Shown here: positions 1-13,262 of the stretch, piece by piece
How the letters are laid out: each line of letters opens with the position of its first letter
Position numbering within the stretch: position 1 is the first letter of the stretch
Source of the DNA: Trichoplax adhaerens
Taxonomy: Eukaryota; Animalia; Placozoa
NCBI RefSeq assembly: GCF_000150275.1
Contig: NW_002060944.1
Coordinates: forward strand, 9,217,268 to 9,281,267
Reading direction: 5' to 3'
DNA length: 64,000 nt
Program-made: the position numbers and the translations under genes
The notes under the pieces: generated by a model
Seen by the model: the letters and a program-made list of their open reading frames with translations, nothing else
Database searches by the model: none
What the model was told of the DNA's origin: nothing

Positions 1-20
1 TTTCTTTTAGCCTATTGAAG

Positions 21-388
21 GAGTGCTTTAGAATTCGGTTAATGACTAGTTTAATTTTGGTCAGCGCACTTTGACTGAAAGGGTATATTTCCGAATACTT
101 TATTCAGTCCAATTACATCGTCTTGTAGAAGAAATAATTAACTGTAACCAATTACAAAGAGTTTTTAATATACGCGTATCTTAGTCATTATGCTCGCTGA
201 CAAAAATATTTTGATTAAGAGTTTGAGCACTGCAGGTGGTATAGCTTTGCCGATCATAATTAAAAGCTATTTTTCCGAAATAAATAAATTTGTTTGTCTG
301 TAATCAATTGTCCGGTATGGCGCAATTAAAAGAGTGCGGCAGAGTTCAGTTAATGACTAGTTTAATTTTAGCAAGTGCGCTTTGATTA
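21..388. repeat. Two diverged direct copies of a ~56-bp motif (about 21-76 and 332-388)
   Basis: gagtgctttagaattcggttaatgactagtttaattttggtcagcgcactttga vs gagtgcggcagagttcagttaatgactagtttaattttagcaagtgcgctttga. Confidence 0.6.
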
Positions 389-3334
389 TATACGATAGTG
401 TAACTACTATAGTTTTCTTCCAAATACGCTTGTTTAATTAATAGCGTATACCGTATCGGTCGATGAAAAGTCATATCTCTGTTTAACTTATTTTGGAATT
501 AGAGAGAATTTGCTTGGAAAATTCTGAAATAGCTTTGTTTCGGTTTTGCTGCAGTTGTCTGAACTATTAAAATTTACGGTAAATTTAATCAAAAGTGCAA
601 TTACTAAAAATTAAGTTTTCCTTCGATATGGTCAATCAAAATCAAGGATAGTTATTTTTAAGTTATGGAATAAAATTACGGTTATCTATTGCTTATTATT
701 ATTCAAGGGAATACAGATGCTAATTTTAAAGTTTCTTAATATCCAATATAATTTCATTATTAGATTATTAGGCTTTGGAAATAAGTAGAAAAACAAAAAA
801 GTATAACCGATAGAAATCTTTAAATGGAGGATTAATCTGTCTAGCAGAAAGTATCTGATTATGGCTTGTGCTTATATTTCGTCGGTGAAAATTAAATCAA
901 TAATAGTTATTTTAATGTAAATACTTAGAGTGTAACAAGCATTTAAATTAGGAGTTAAGTTTGATGACAGGTACCAGCAATTTTTTACTGAGAATGGAAA
1001 AAACTCTAAATAGAGTACTGCGTATTAAGATTTTTGTATGTCGGTGCTAGTTGAACGAAATAACACAAATTAATTTTCTTAGAGAACTGATTTTATCTAC
1101 TTGTATCCAAATCGAGGGATAATTAGGATAGTTAAGTAAATAATGAATAAACTACTTTTACCGTGAATTTTACTACGCTCAAGTAAAATTAATGTTTGCA
1201 ATACTGACAAAACCAATTCTGGACTTAATCGTAATGAAAAAAGTTTATGCTAATAAATATTCTACAAAAATGGAATCTAATGCAATTACTTACGTATAAA
1301 GTGAAGGAGAAGAATGCTGAAACCATAGTAAAACTGCTTCCCTGTCTTGCTGAGTTGCTATTTCGTTAAAATTAGCAGCAAAATCCTCAAGAAATTTGTA
1401 GATACAAGATAGGAAATGAATGATACGAATTGGTATTTCCATCATCCCGCACACCTTCAATTAAATCAATTGAATCAGTCGTCTACCTTATATAAGGACT
1501 TGGATATATATTTATTTGCTAGTTGATGTTAACCTATTTCTTTCTTTATTCTATTGTAGCAAAATTTAATTGAAATGACAACTATTGTTTAACTTATGCC
1601 TTCAGGGCAATAAAAGTGAGTATCGATCGGTGACATTCCTTAACTTACTATATGATAGTCATTCAAGTCTATAAGGTATGTCAGTCCTAAATTGAATCTT
1701 TTCAATATTATTTAGATAATTTTATTGTATAGTTAAGAGTGATTAAATAAAAGCGCCGCTTAATAGCAACAGTTTTATTAGAATTGAAAGTACTGCAATA
1801 AATAGGAGTGTAGAACAAACAGGTTAGATTAAAGTATCCCATATCGAGATTAAGTAAGATTACGACGTAATATCGAGATTGGTGTCTAAAAGGATATAGA
1901 TAATCGTAATCTAATGATACCAATTGGGAAAAGAATTCCATGACATGACAATGATTGTCAATTTTAGGTGAATAAAATCTTTCTAGCATCATTTGGGAAG
2001 TTGTAAAATAATCAACATATACGGAAGTAGCTATCATAAATGAGAGGATATAAATATAGAGAAATTTTACCACGTGTTCGTGATTGTTTACTATTAGAGC
2101 CAATTAACAATCAATTGATTATTCAATATATGCCTATATTTGTATTACAATATGAAGTTTTCTATTGGCTTACTAAGGAAATAGCAAGAAGGCCAAGATG
2201 CCGTTGGACTTGCTAGCTCGGAATAATTACATCAGTTAAGCCTAGTCGGATGAGTAGTGCTGAACTTATGGCGATAATATGAGATCAGCGTTGGACTAGG
2301 TCGATTTTACAATGGAGATTCATAGGAATAATCCTTCGGCTCTATTCTACCGGCAAATGGAGTAATTAGTTGATAGCTGTTTGCGTACAACTGGGTTAAC
2401 CTGTAGTAGAGCTGTATGCTGCTGCATAAGCTTGCATACAGCAAGAGGTATTGAAATGCGTGGGAAACTTTTTTTTATGCCGAAAAGTTTTAGATAACAG
2501 CGAACATCAATCCTAAATTTTGTTTTAAACCGCTTCTTGAAGTTCTGATCATGTAGCATAGTATAGGCCGTCTAAAAGCTCTCTATTCTATATCTAATGT
2601 ATCCGCCATCACTATAGTGATCGCTCATCCTTCTTTGCCGGAATCGAAAGAAATTTTAAGAACATTAAAGCTTATTCGACGCCATAATATTGTTTACTCT
2701 AAGATTGTTTGTTAGTAATCTGGATTGACTTAATCCATGTACTAACTAAGTATGAAAGTAGTAAAGATCAGTTTACGTTAGCATTTAGTTTCGTCAGTTT
2801 AATTTAGATTTATACTCTCGTAATTATTATGCATAAAATTTCAATTAGTGAACTGTACTATCAATGCTCGTATATCGAATATTGAAAACCATAAGCATAG
2901 TATAACCTTAATCAGTTCCTTAAGGTGCCAGAATTATGATGCGTTCATAATTACACCGAAATAATCTATTACCTCAAATCCTATCAAATACAAGTTGCAA
3001 CATGAATTGGAGTCGTGTGTTGACTTATTAGCAATAAATACGAGCACATCTAATGAATTAGCAATAGTCCGTAACTAATATAGCATGGAACATTAATGAA
3101 AATAATCGAAAATCATGACTTCCGATTAAGTCAAAAAGTGTCGTAATAAAAATAACGGTACGATTATTGTCGCTTGAAGAGGTTGGTGCTACTGATTGTA
3201 AAGTTATACGAGTATCCCAAGTTTAATTTTAACGTTTAGAATGCACTCGGAAATGATTTACTTTCTATCTTATTATCCATGTAATAGCGTTGCCAAGAAG
3301 TCATATAGAATGAATAATTGTAGCTAGGATAATA

Positions 3335-4560
3335 AAATAAATATTGATATAGAAAAAAATATTATAAACAAGAGCATTTTAATGTCGGTTTTCTGCTTTA
3401 ATCTTGCCGAGTTGATTCTTCTCGAGCTTTACATGTTTATAGCGGCTACCATAATTTCTTTTCCGCTAGAATCTAACCAATGAAGGAAGGTATGGCAAAA
3501 ATTACTAAGAGTTTAAATAGAATAGTTACCTCTGGTACATAATAAATATTGGTATAATAAAAAAATGTTAAAAGAGACTGGCGATATTTTTAATATGAGC
3601 TTTATATTACAGTCTTATGGAGTTGATCTTCCCGATATTTGCCTTTCTGTAGTAACTGTTATAGTTTCTTTCTGGAAAAGATTTAGTAAGTGAGAGTACA
3701 ACAAGCATGGTGAAAATTCATATAATGAATAGCTACCCGCGTATCTGACGCAAAATAGGTATAGGAATAGTAGAAATTATTAGAAGAGACGGAAGGATAT
3801 TTTAATGTCAATATTATAGTCTTGTTGAGTAGATCCTTTCCAATAGTTGTATTACTACCGCAGTTATTGTATTTTCGTTTCAATAGAATCGAATAAGCAA
3901 AGGTACAACAAATATTGCGTCGAGCTTGTACAGAACAACAATACGTGTATCTAGTACGAAATAAATATTGGTATAAAAAAAATAGTAAAAGAGATTAAAA
4001 GGTATTTTAATAGGAATTATCAATCCTTGACACTTCTATCTCTGTTGTCAACTAACTGTAAAATCTTTCTTGATATTCTCGATAGGGTCTAATAATTATA
4101 TTTAAGGTTACAGTAAATATCGCAAAGAGGCTACCAAGAATGAATAAATATTTGCTGCTCTATATCTAGCGATAAATAAGTATTTGTAGAATAAGATATA
4201 TTGGAAGAGATTGATCGAGATTTTAATATAAATTTTCCATGATTATCTTTGCTGAGTTAATCATTTCTGGCATTGGTATCTCTTTAACGATTACTTTAGT
4301 ATCATTCGCGAGAGGATCTAATTAGTGAGGAAATATTAAGCTTTGAGAAGAATTTGTATAGAATAAATGACTACCGTATATTTAGGACAAAATTAAATAT
4401 TAGTATAGTAAAAACATGGAAAGAGATTAGACGATACTTGAATAAATTTATATTGATTATGATCTTATTCAGCTGGTTCTTTCTGATATTGCATCTCTAT
4501 AGCGATTATCGTGATTTCTTCATAGACAGAATCGAATAGACGAGGGTACAATAGTGAACG
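3335..4560. repeat. Degenerate tandem repeat, ~200-230-bp unit, about 6 copies
   Basis: Recurring ataaatattggtataa(t)aaaaaa..taaaagaga...tattttaat core near 3335, 3541, 3770, 3960, 4195 and 4390; agaatc(g/t)aa...ggta(c/t) element recurs near 3470, 3885 and 4530. Confidence 0.6.
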
Positions 4561-5584
4561 CAAAGTAGGATTTCGTTCACAGTATCTAGGTGCTGAGCTG
4601 CCCGAAAGGATAAGCGTTAAGGAGAAAATAGAGGAAATAGTTTGCTTGATCCATTAGCAGTTCCAATAACGCTTAAATTAATCTATAACTTGTTTAATGG
4701 AACACTTTTCTGCTAGCTCCATGTTTCGTCAACTGTATGGCATTCCACAATTTTAATTATCGTTGTAGTAGCCGAAGTCTTCAACGAGTCTCTACTTTGA
4801 AGATATCTTCCTGTACTACTATTGAACTGTATATTATTTTTTGAGTTAAACAATTAATCTTTGCTCATATGTATGCCAGCAAAGGGGTAAAGTAAGCTTA
4901 AACTCGCTAAGTCAACGTTAGTTCTGTAAACACTGTAGCTATCCAGACTTGGCTTTTGCTCATTAATCTTTACTTTGAATAATTAATGAACGTTGTTTAT
5001 TGCGCTGAAATCATAGCGCAATCTTAAGTTTTCTGAATCTTTGCTCATATAAGCGTATAAAACTTAAAAAATAGAAAGATAGGCGTCGATTAGGACTAGT
5101 CTATTTCGTCTTAGCCAGACGAATGTTGATGGCTACCGCATTCAACTTTAACGCATTCGTTTCGGCTTTGAATCTACTATATTCATGAAATGATTGACAT
5201 TTTTAACCCAGTATGTTGGTCAGATGTGCTTGTATGTAGGCAATAAAATACGTATAGAGTAAAGCCTGCATTAATTAAAATGGCGACTTTCTGTCTTGCC
5301 AATAAAGAACTTTTTCACCATTAAATTTACTTAATTGGAGGATTTAATTCATTTGCTAAAGTAGATGTACAGTCTTACAATCTAACCTCCAAATGGGTGA
5401 TGTATTTTGTGTGTGAGTTATGCACCAAAAATAATTTTTTGTTCACTTTAGTTTATTAACCTTAAAATAAAATTCGTTCGTTTACTAAAGCGCTTGTAAA
5501 GTCTTACAAATAATACAGTTAGATTTCATTTTAATTTTAATTAGATTCTATGTTTTCATCTTAATTCCTACATTACAGTATGTC

Positions 5585-5875
5585 TATGTAATTGGATGTA
5601 TTCATAAACTATTCGCTTCTTGATCATGAACTACTGGTAAGGGATCGTCAGAAATAAATCCTATGTCTATGGACTTGTAGTACTACTTACATCATTCCAT
5701 TGGATGCATTTATAGACTATTCGTGCCTTGATCATGGACTACGAGTAGAAAACAGTCTAAAAATAAATTTTATTACTTTTCACTTGCAGTGATGCCACTT
5801 AAAATGATTTCATTGGATGTATTTATAAACTATTTGTGTCCCGAGTCTCTCGACCATAGACTATCAATAAAAGAC
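5585..5875. repeat. Degenerate tandem repeat, ~110-bp unit, 3 copies
   Basis: attggatg(t/c)att(c/t)ata(a/g)actatt core at ~5591, ~5700 and ~5813, each followed by a cat(g/a)(g/a)acta motif. Confidence 0.65.
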
Positions 5876-7599
5876 CTGTCTTCTTCTGATGGCCCATGCC
5901 TTAACGGACTTCATTTTTTTACTTGCTTATCTGAATAAAATAGCTTGGCGTAAAGAAATTATTAAAGTTGTGATTGGAATAGTGTCATATAAAAAATCAG
6001 TAAATCGATTGATCAGTCATAGCTCAGTGGTTTTACCAAACCTCTCAAAGGTAAAGTGGAGTTAAAATTCATTTTTGATACCGTTTACCCCCTTTTTTTC
6101 TGGTAAAAGTTTCTTTAAATAATTTATCTTATTGATCACAGTAAACTGAAAAGATTAGCATAGAAAATTTCAATCAGTTTTTTAATTTCCTTACAGTAAA
6201 AATAGATTCTCAATTTATGGAAGAGTTTAATTTATTTTCTATAAAATGGAAAAGATTCTCTCGCTTTGTAAAGCCAATTTGCATATTGTCTATTTTGGAG
6301 AAACTCTTGACGTAAAAACTTATTCACACTATATTGAAGAGAAAATAGTTTTTAGTAAGCGGATACTTGTGGCTACTGGCGTCACAAACAATCGATTGCT
6401 ATAGCATATTTACTTTCGACACCTTTAATAATTAACCCTTAAGGATAACAATAATATTTGATTTCATTTTATACTTGCTGATGGCTAATAAATTTGCGAT
6501 TTCCGTTTCATTTACGGGTAAATGACGGCACGATTAATTAATTTTTCGATGTCATAACGAAAATAAATTACAAAATCAGAACATCAATAAAATTCATCGG
6601 CAATGAAAAGTCGAAAAACGATGCTGCTTGATTTTATTTATAAAAACACAATTCCAGGAGTGATCGAGAGGACTATGCAAAATGATTGATTTAAATGGCC
6701 AAGGTTTTCATCGCGCTAGGCTTCGGCCACGGATTTATGCCGTACGAGAATTATGGATAGTCATTTTAGGTACAGTATATTAAATTGAAATCAGGTCCCA
6801 TCAACGAGAAGTAATTATAATTCATATTTTGCGCTCATTTTTATGACTAGTATAAGTAATAATAGCAAGTGTGGACTCGTTTTAAGAGTAACTAGAAGAC
6901 AGCATGAAGGATAAGCCTTGCATCTTCCCAAAAATATTCTTCAAAATATTCATAACGAAAGATAGCGGACGATATCTATCGAAAATGAGGGAGATACTTT
7001 TAAGCAAGTAGTTGAATCGGAAGGTTTCTATCGCGTATTTATGCCTTAAAGGTTTATCTTGCAATAATTCTATAATTCTATTTTAGGTTACAAATAACAA
7101 CCAATTCATCAGAATAGATTCAATATTAGTCAGCATTGAACAATTTTATTGCCCAAGGTTATACGCTTTAAACCGAAAGTTTCAATCTTAATCTTTCTCA
7201 AAACATCTTAAGAAACTTTTACAATAATCCTTCCTATTACGCCTATGGCAGGCGCCATATTGTATAGATAGAAATACGCGATTGCGGAAATAGGCAGATT
7301 TAAGGGGTTGCTCTTTATTCATTCCATATTCTCGCATGCCACTGTACGATAGCCATTCTATACCTTACTTCGAAACGAATGCGTTTTCGCAAGAGTTGAA
7401 TTTAAAGAATATATTATGACCGTGATCAAGTTTCTGAAGGTGCTAAAATACAATTTCTTTGATAATTAGTTAGCACTTCATGCCGAGTTGTTCCTCCGTA
7501 ATTAAAATTTTCTCCGTCATCCTTGCTACATTTTTCCTATCGAAATAGCTTTAGAAGTGCAGCCGTTATAGTATCCAGAAATACTCACTCTTCCTCTGC

Positions 7600-8800
7600 T
7601 TTATTACTACCGGGATTGCCTTAAATTTATTTTAGAATAAATCAAAAGACCGATATAGTGGTTCTTACTAAATTAATTGCGTTGAGGCTTCTTTTAGGAT
7701 GAATTAAAAGGATTTAGTAGTTCTTACTACATGCATAGACTGCCTCAGAGCTTTTAGTTGAGTTAAAGAAAGATTAAATAGTTTTTACTTCCTAGCTTGC
7801 CTTAGAGCTTTTAAAATGAACTAAAGAAAGATTAAATAGCTTTTACTTCCTAGTTTGCCTTAGAGCTTTTAAAATGAACTAAAGAAAGATTTAATAGTTC
7901 TTACTTCCTAGATTGTCTGAGAATTTTTAGAATAAACAAACGGAAGATTTAGTAGTTCTTCCTAGATTGCCTTAGAGTTTTCGAAATCACTAAAGTAAGA
8001 TTTAATAGTTCTTGCTACTTGGATAGCCTTAGGATTTTTAGAAATAACTAAAGAAAGATTAAGAGTTTTTACTATATAGATTGCCTTCGTGTTTTATACT
8101 GAAAGAAAGATTGAATAGTCTTTGCTACTTAAATCGCATTTGAGTGATTTTAGAATGAACTTAAGAACGATTTTGATAGTCCTTACTACTTTGATAGCCT
8201 TTGAGTTATTTTAGAAGAAACTAAAGAAAGATTTTGATAGTCCTTACTACTACTTTGATAGCTTATGAGTTATTTTGGAATAAAGTAAAAGAAAAGCTTG
8301 GTAATCATTTCAGAATGAACTACAGAAAAATTTAGTAATCCTAACTACTTTGATTTACTTTTAAGTTATTTTGAAATGAAGTAAAAGAAAAACTTGGTAA
8401 TCATTTCAGAATGTACTACAGAAAAATTTAGTAATCCTAACTACTTTGATTTACTTTTAAGTTATTTTGGAATGAAGTATAAGAAAAACTTGGAAATCAT
8501 TTCAGAATATGCTACAGAAAAAATTTAGCAATCCTAACTACTTTGATTTACTTTTGAGTTATTTTAGAATAAAATAAAAGACTTAGTGTAGCCCTTATTA
8601 CTTAGATCGCTTTTGAGTTATTTTAGGATGAGCTAAAAGAAAAACTTGGTAATCTTTTTAGAATGAAGTAAAGAAAGAATGAGTAGTCCTAACTGCTTAG
8701 ATGGCTTCTGAATTTATTTTAGACTTTATCGTCTTTGAGTTACTTTAGGCTTAGTAGCCTTCTACTTGGATTTTCTTTGAGTATTTTGGGAATGAAATTT
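7600..8800. repeat. AT-rich minisatellite: ~58-bp monomers changing to ~96-bp units
   Basis: Unit ttgccttagagcttttaaaatgaactaaagaaagatt(a/t)aatag..ttactt; ctactttgat recurs at 8250, 8345, 8441 and 8538. Confidence 0.85.
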
Positions 8801-9969
8801 GATAATTTCAAAATTTTTAATTGGAACGGTTGTGGATTAGTATCATGGAAATACTCATTTTTGCTCTACTATTACCTATTACCGGATACTACTGAAAAGG
8901 AGCATGTAGGAGTTGCTTTTAAGCTGAAATTCCGATGCTCTGCCATTTTAAATACAGTACAAGGAGAGTTTACAGAACGATACACGTGGAGACATACAGG
9001 CTGATTTATAACTATTTTTGCAATTAGTCTGCGTTACGTCAATGCAATTTTCTTTTCGTTCCACGTATGCGAAAGAGACGGAGATGCTGCATTTTGAAGA
9101 TGGCAAAATTGCTATTCTTATTTCTTCAGTAATTCAATAATACGCGCATAGTTATTCATCTACATACGATGCAGTGATATTGTCGTAGCTACCAGTATGT
9201 TATTTTACTATTTATGCAGATCGAATGAAAAGTATTATGCCTATAATGTTGGAAAATAATTATCGATAGTTTATTCTTACGGAATTTTAGTAATAAGAGG
9301 CTAAGCTTTCATGCTGTGAGACCTCAACAGTTCGATATTATTAATAGCACGTAGATGTACTAAAGCCATTTGCTAGTATAATATGGTTTTAATTTTGTAG
9401 GTATAAATATATTTAAAGCAGCGTTATTATACAAGAGTAATCGAGTACTGCAACATTTTATAACCGTAACTACCGATTGAAAATGATTCCATTAGAAACA
9501 TAATCCCTGCCGCTTTACCATGGACTCATTATTACGGTAGTCATCCATGGCTTTCGATTTTATCATTGAATACACAGCATATACAGTACAAGATACAAGG
9601 TGCAGTCCATATGAAGTAGAAAGTCAGAGGATAGTAATAGGCAAGTTATAAAATTGATCAAAACGGAAGCTATACTAAAAATTTAGAGTAGCTGAGCCAC
9701 GACTAGTGGAATGGATCCATTGATGAAATCGACAAATGCGGAAAGCGCAGTGATTCAAGTTTACTCGTCAGTGAGTTTCATCGGTATCTAACACTGATAT
9801 TCTACCCTAGCATAACCGTCCACTTCATCTTGATAGCTGTTGCTTAGGATAATAATCTAATTTTGTGGAAACACTTACAGTGACCATAAATACAGCATGA
9901 ATCAGTACTACCAATACATTTGAGAATAAAAATTTGTAAAAGTATACAAGAAAACTGTCCGAAAATGGC

Positions 9970-11088
9970 TTATTCATTGTTGGCTTCTTCATCAACTTCC
10001 GTAAGCGTTGGTGCTTTATAATTAGGTAGTAGCCCTAAGTAAAAGAAGTGATTTTAAAATATTCAACTGAGTAAAACATGGTCTCATTTGGAATTGAAAG
10101 TAGTCGTTGTTGACCAACCTTCAGCCCTAGAGCGTTTAATCGCTTTTAGAACTTTGCGATGTTGCTTTGCACATAAACCTACATCCAGTGTTAGAAGTGG
10201 TGATTAGCTATTGCAATACTCAATCTAGTAACATGGTTAAAAAGAAAGGATTGTAATTTAGGATGAAATGACTACAAAGATTGATTGGGGAGTGATATTT
10301 ACCTGTTTTTCGTTTTCCATAAATCCTACCTTCATCCGATATAAATTGCTTCAACAATAAGACATCCTAAAGATAAATTAATAATAAAAAGGATTGATTT
10401 GTTTCATGCTGTCTCTCCAATTGGTTTCTTTCTTTTTTTTCCATCAAAATTGAAGGTTCTAGTATTACCTTATATCCGAAGTTTTTAATGTTATTACGAC
10501 AAATTGGACAGCCATGATTTTGCATTTTCTCTCTCGTTTCCTTAAGGAAGAATATAAAAATAGATCGATTAACTCAAGCCTTGATAACTTTGATATCATG
10601 CTTGGCCAAATGGTCAATCCCATGTTGGTCTATTTCTTTTCTCATACACGAACAAGCATCCATTTATTGTTTCTATATATCACATTAAAGTATAACGCAT
10701 ACTTGTGGTAGCTTTTTGAAAGTGGTTACAGACCGAGCTGAAATTGAAAAATAATTCAGTCATTAAGAATTTTGCATATGTATTGCATACACTGCTACAT
10801 CTCCATACTCTTGATGTTAACAATCATTAATTCATATCATGCAGTCATTGAGTGATTCTTTCAAGATTCCCCCAAAAAGCTCTATTCACTCAATGCATCC
10901 TGAATTGATTGTGCACAGGATGTAGACTGCAATACAAAATTTTATTTTAGCATTTCAGAGTTTGCAATAACGATTGCCTTACCTTGAAGGAATTGATTTA
11001 CATGAGGAATATTGCTATTGACTTTTGGCCATTGATTGCAGATGTCGTTGATGGCCGATCTCATCGCCATTCGGGCATAGCTAAGCAT
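9970..11088 (-). CDS. MRPS18A: Mitochondrial ribosomal protein S18 family, most like MRPS18A/mL66 (6 coding exons)
   Basis: Spliced translation MLSYARMAMRSAIND...ARSVTTFKKLPQ/ETREKMQNHGCPICRNNIKNFGYK/DVLLLKQFISDEGRIYGKRKT/GLCAKQHRKVLKAIKRSRAE/GLLPNYKAP...NE*. The CPIC, DVLLL-QF, TGLC and GLLPN motifs are typical of bS18/MRPS18A. Introns are GT-AG with compatible phases. Confidence 0.85.
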
Positions 11089-12300
11089 TGTGGTAGAGAG
11101 ATGAAATGGAGGAGCTATCACGCTATCTATTAGGCTCAATCTTGCGATAGTATGTATTACTATCGAGATCTTGAATGTTATTATAACCAGTGAAGAATGC
11201 AATGGAGTTGGAAAGCAAATTGTCTTCACAACTTGAACGGCAGCAAAACCCACTTGGAGGCTGCAGCGCGTCTTGACCTGGCTTAAACTGTATTGCTGCA
11301 ACGCTGCAACGTACAGCATGAGCCAGTTGGGCACTGGAGCAGAATCTTGTCTAGGGCCAGCAATCGCATGGAATATTACAGACAGACGTGTGGATGGACA
11401 GCGCGAGGTCCGGCTTTGTAGTAAACAGTACAGTGTCCATTAAATTCATAAAACTACACTCAACACTATGTACTGTTCAGTACTGTTAGTGTACGGTAGT
11501 CAGAACATGACGTCACGACCGTAACGGATGGAACACTAGAAGGAAACCAGTTTTATTCTAGTGGTCCATGAGTTCTCCATACGTTTCTGTGAACTGGACC
11601 AGGCCCGGAACGGAACCTTCAATCGAAATTAATTAATTAACCTTTTAAATGCTTTACTATGGCAACGTAACGTGACCATCACTGTTTTTTTTTATTAATT
11701 AATCGAACTACTATAATGAGTTCATTAATTAATTAAATGATGGAAAGTAAAACACTGAATACCTCTTGTCATGGACTACTAGATTAATGGAATATCTTTA
11801 TTCATCTAGTGGTCCATGGCTACACAGTGTCATTGGTGATTTTACATCGGTGAAAAGTGAACAAGTGAATCTTCCAGCTATCTGCTTCAACATTCACATG
11901 TCCACTTTTTCTTTCGCTTCAGTTACAGTACTGAGAGACGGAGATCGGAATCCTCTCTGTCTCGATCATGCCTGTGGTTGTAGTTCCCTCCTCTCTCTCT
12001 CTCTTTGATTTACTTAGGCCAATAAAGCTTCTTTTTTGGGAGAACAACTGTGTCTCTTGTCGACAGTCTGAAAGCCAGAGCATCAATACAGCAACGTAGA
12101 ACTACACGACAGCAGATCTATTGTAAAGGTCTATTCCTTTCCGTGTTGAACGCTCCGCTAACGTTGGTATCCGGTTGGAAACCAGTGATGCTATTAGCAA
12201 CAGCTGTTAACATCGCCACTAGCTAGTATCGTCGTATTTATTTACCTCCATAGTAGTCAAACGATTCAAGCCACGCTGCATAATAAGCGTTAACAGGACA

Positions 12301-12977
12301 GCACTAGCGCAAGTACTTGTGTACAGAACGCGATTGCTAAATCCTGCTACACTCCATGCTTTTACCAATAAAGGAAAGCATCAAGATGCGTATACCAGCC
12401 CTTTATTTGTTTACTATTCGTTAACTCCGTCGATTATTGCAGCTTCTGCACTAGTGCAAGTACTTGTGTATAGAACGCGAATGCTAAATCCTACTACACT
12501 CCATGCTTTTACCAGTAATGGAAAGCATCGAGATGCGTATGCGAGCGCCTTATTAGTTTGCTTTTCCTCCAAAGCGTCGACTACAGCTAGTACTTGTGTA
12601 CAGAACGCGAATGCTAAATCCTACTACACTCCATGCTTTTACCAGTAAAGGAAAGCATCGAGATGCGTATGCGAGCGCCTTATTAGTTTGCTTTTCCTCC
12701 AAAGCGTCGACTACAGCTAGTACTTGTGTACAGAACGCGAATGCTAAATCCTACTACACTCCATGCTTTTACCAGTAAAGGAAAGCATCGAGATGCGTAT
12801 GCGAGCGCCTTATTAGTTTGCTGTTCCTCCAAAGCGTCGACTACAGCTAGTACTTGTGTACAGAACGCGAATGCTAAATCCTACTACACTCCATGCTTTT
12901 ACCAGTAAAGGAAAGCATCGAGATGCGTATGCGAGCGCCTTATTAGTTTGCTTTTCCTCCAAAGCGTCGACTACTGC
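12301..12977. repeat. Tandem array: one diverged 147-bp unit followed by four near-identical 130-bp units
   Basis: tacttgtgta(c/t)agaacgcga starts at 12314, 12461, 12591, 12721 and 12851. Confidence 0.97.
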
Positions 12978-13035
12978 TTCTACTGTTGAGCCCAAGCTGT
13001 GCCAGCTCGGATCGATTCAAGTTACAACCAGTGTT

Positions 13036-13113
13036 TAACACTCGTTAAAACCGGTGTTAACACTGGTTAACACTCGTTAAAACCGGTGTTAACACTGGTT
13101 AACACCGGTTTTA
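13036..13113. repeat. 31-bp tandem duplication ending in a perfect 16-bp inverted repeat
   Basis: ttaacactcgttaaaaccggtgttaacactg(g) is repeated; taaaaccggtgttaac-actg-gttaacaccggtttta at 13078-13113. Confidence 0.9.
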
Positions 13114-13180
13114 CCGCTTGGTACGGTCCGATACGATACGGTTCGTTTTGCTTTCGACTAGAAATGAAGTCCGGGACTGG

Positions 13181-13262
13181 ACTACAGTGTACAGTGTACA
13201 GTGTACAGTACCCTTAGACATCCTTTAACTGGGTCTCATTGTACTGTACGGTACAGTACACC
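13181..13262. promoter_or_regulatory. TACAGT(G/A)-rich motif cluster in the putative SHMT promoter
   Basis: (tacagtg)x3-tacagta and gtactgtacggtacagtac lie ~270-340 bp upstream of the SHMT ATG; the same motif clusters upstream of MRPS18A, CCP110 and LENG8. Confidence 0.45.

Noticed and set aside
1294-1445. Possible minus-strand exon ending at a gtaagt donor
   Set aside because: No recognisable protein and no downstream exon could be linked within the window.
1708-9004. Short ORFs of 60-131 aa listed in the first 9 kb
   Set aside because: No motifs, often non-ATG starts or overlap with repeats; consistent with chance ORFs in AT-rich DNA.
11431-11757. CAGTGT...ACACTG as hAT-like TIRs
   Set aside because: Only 6 bp match and there is no target-site duplication.
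12319-13038. Repeated 60-109-aa ORFs (MYRTRMLNPTTLHAF...) and a possible CRISPR-like look
   Set aside because: They are by-products of the 130-bp repeat: GTG starts, a period not divisible by 3, and no unique spacers or cas genes.
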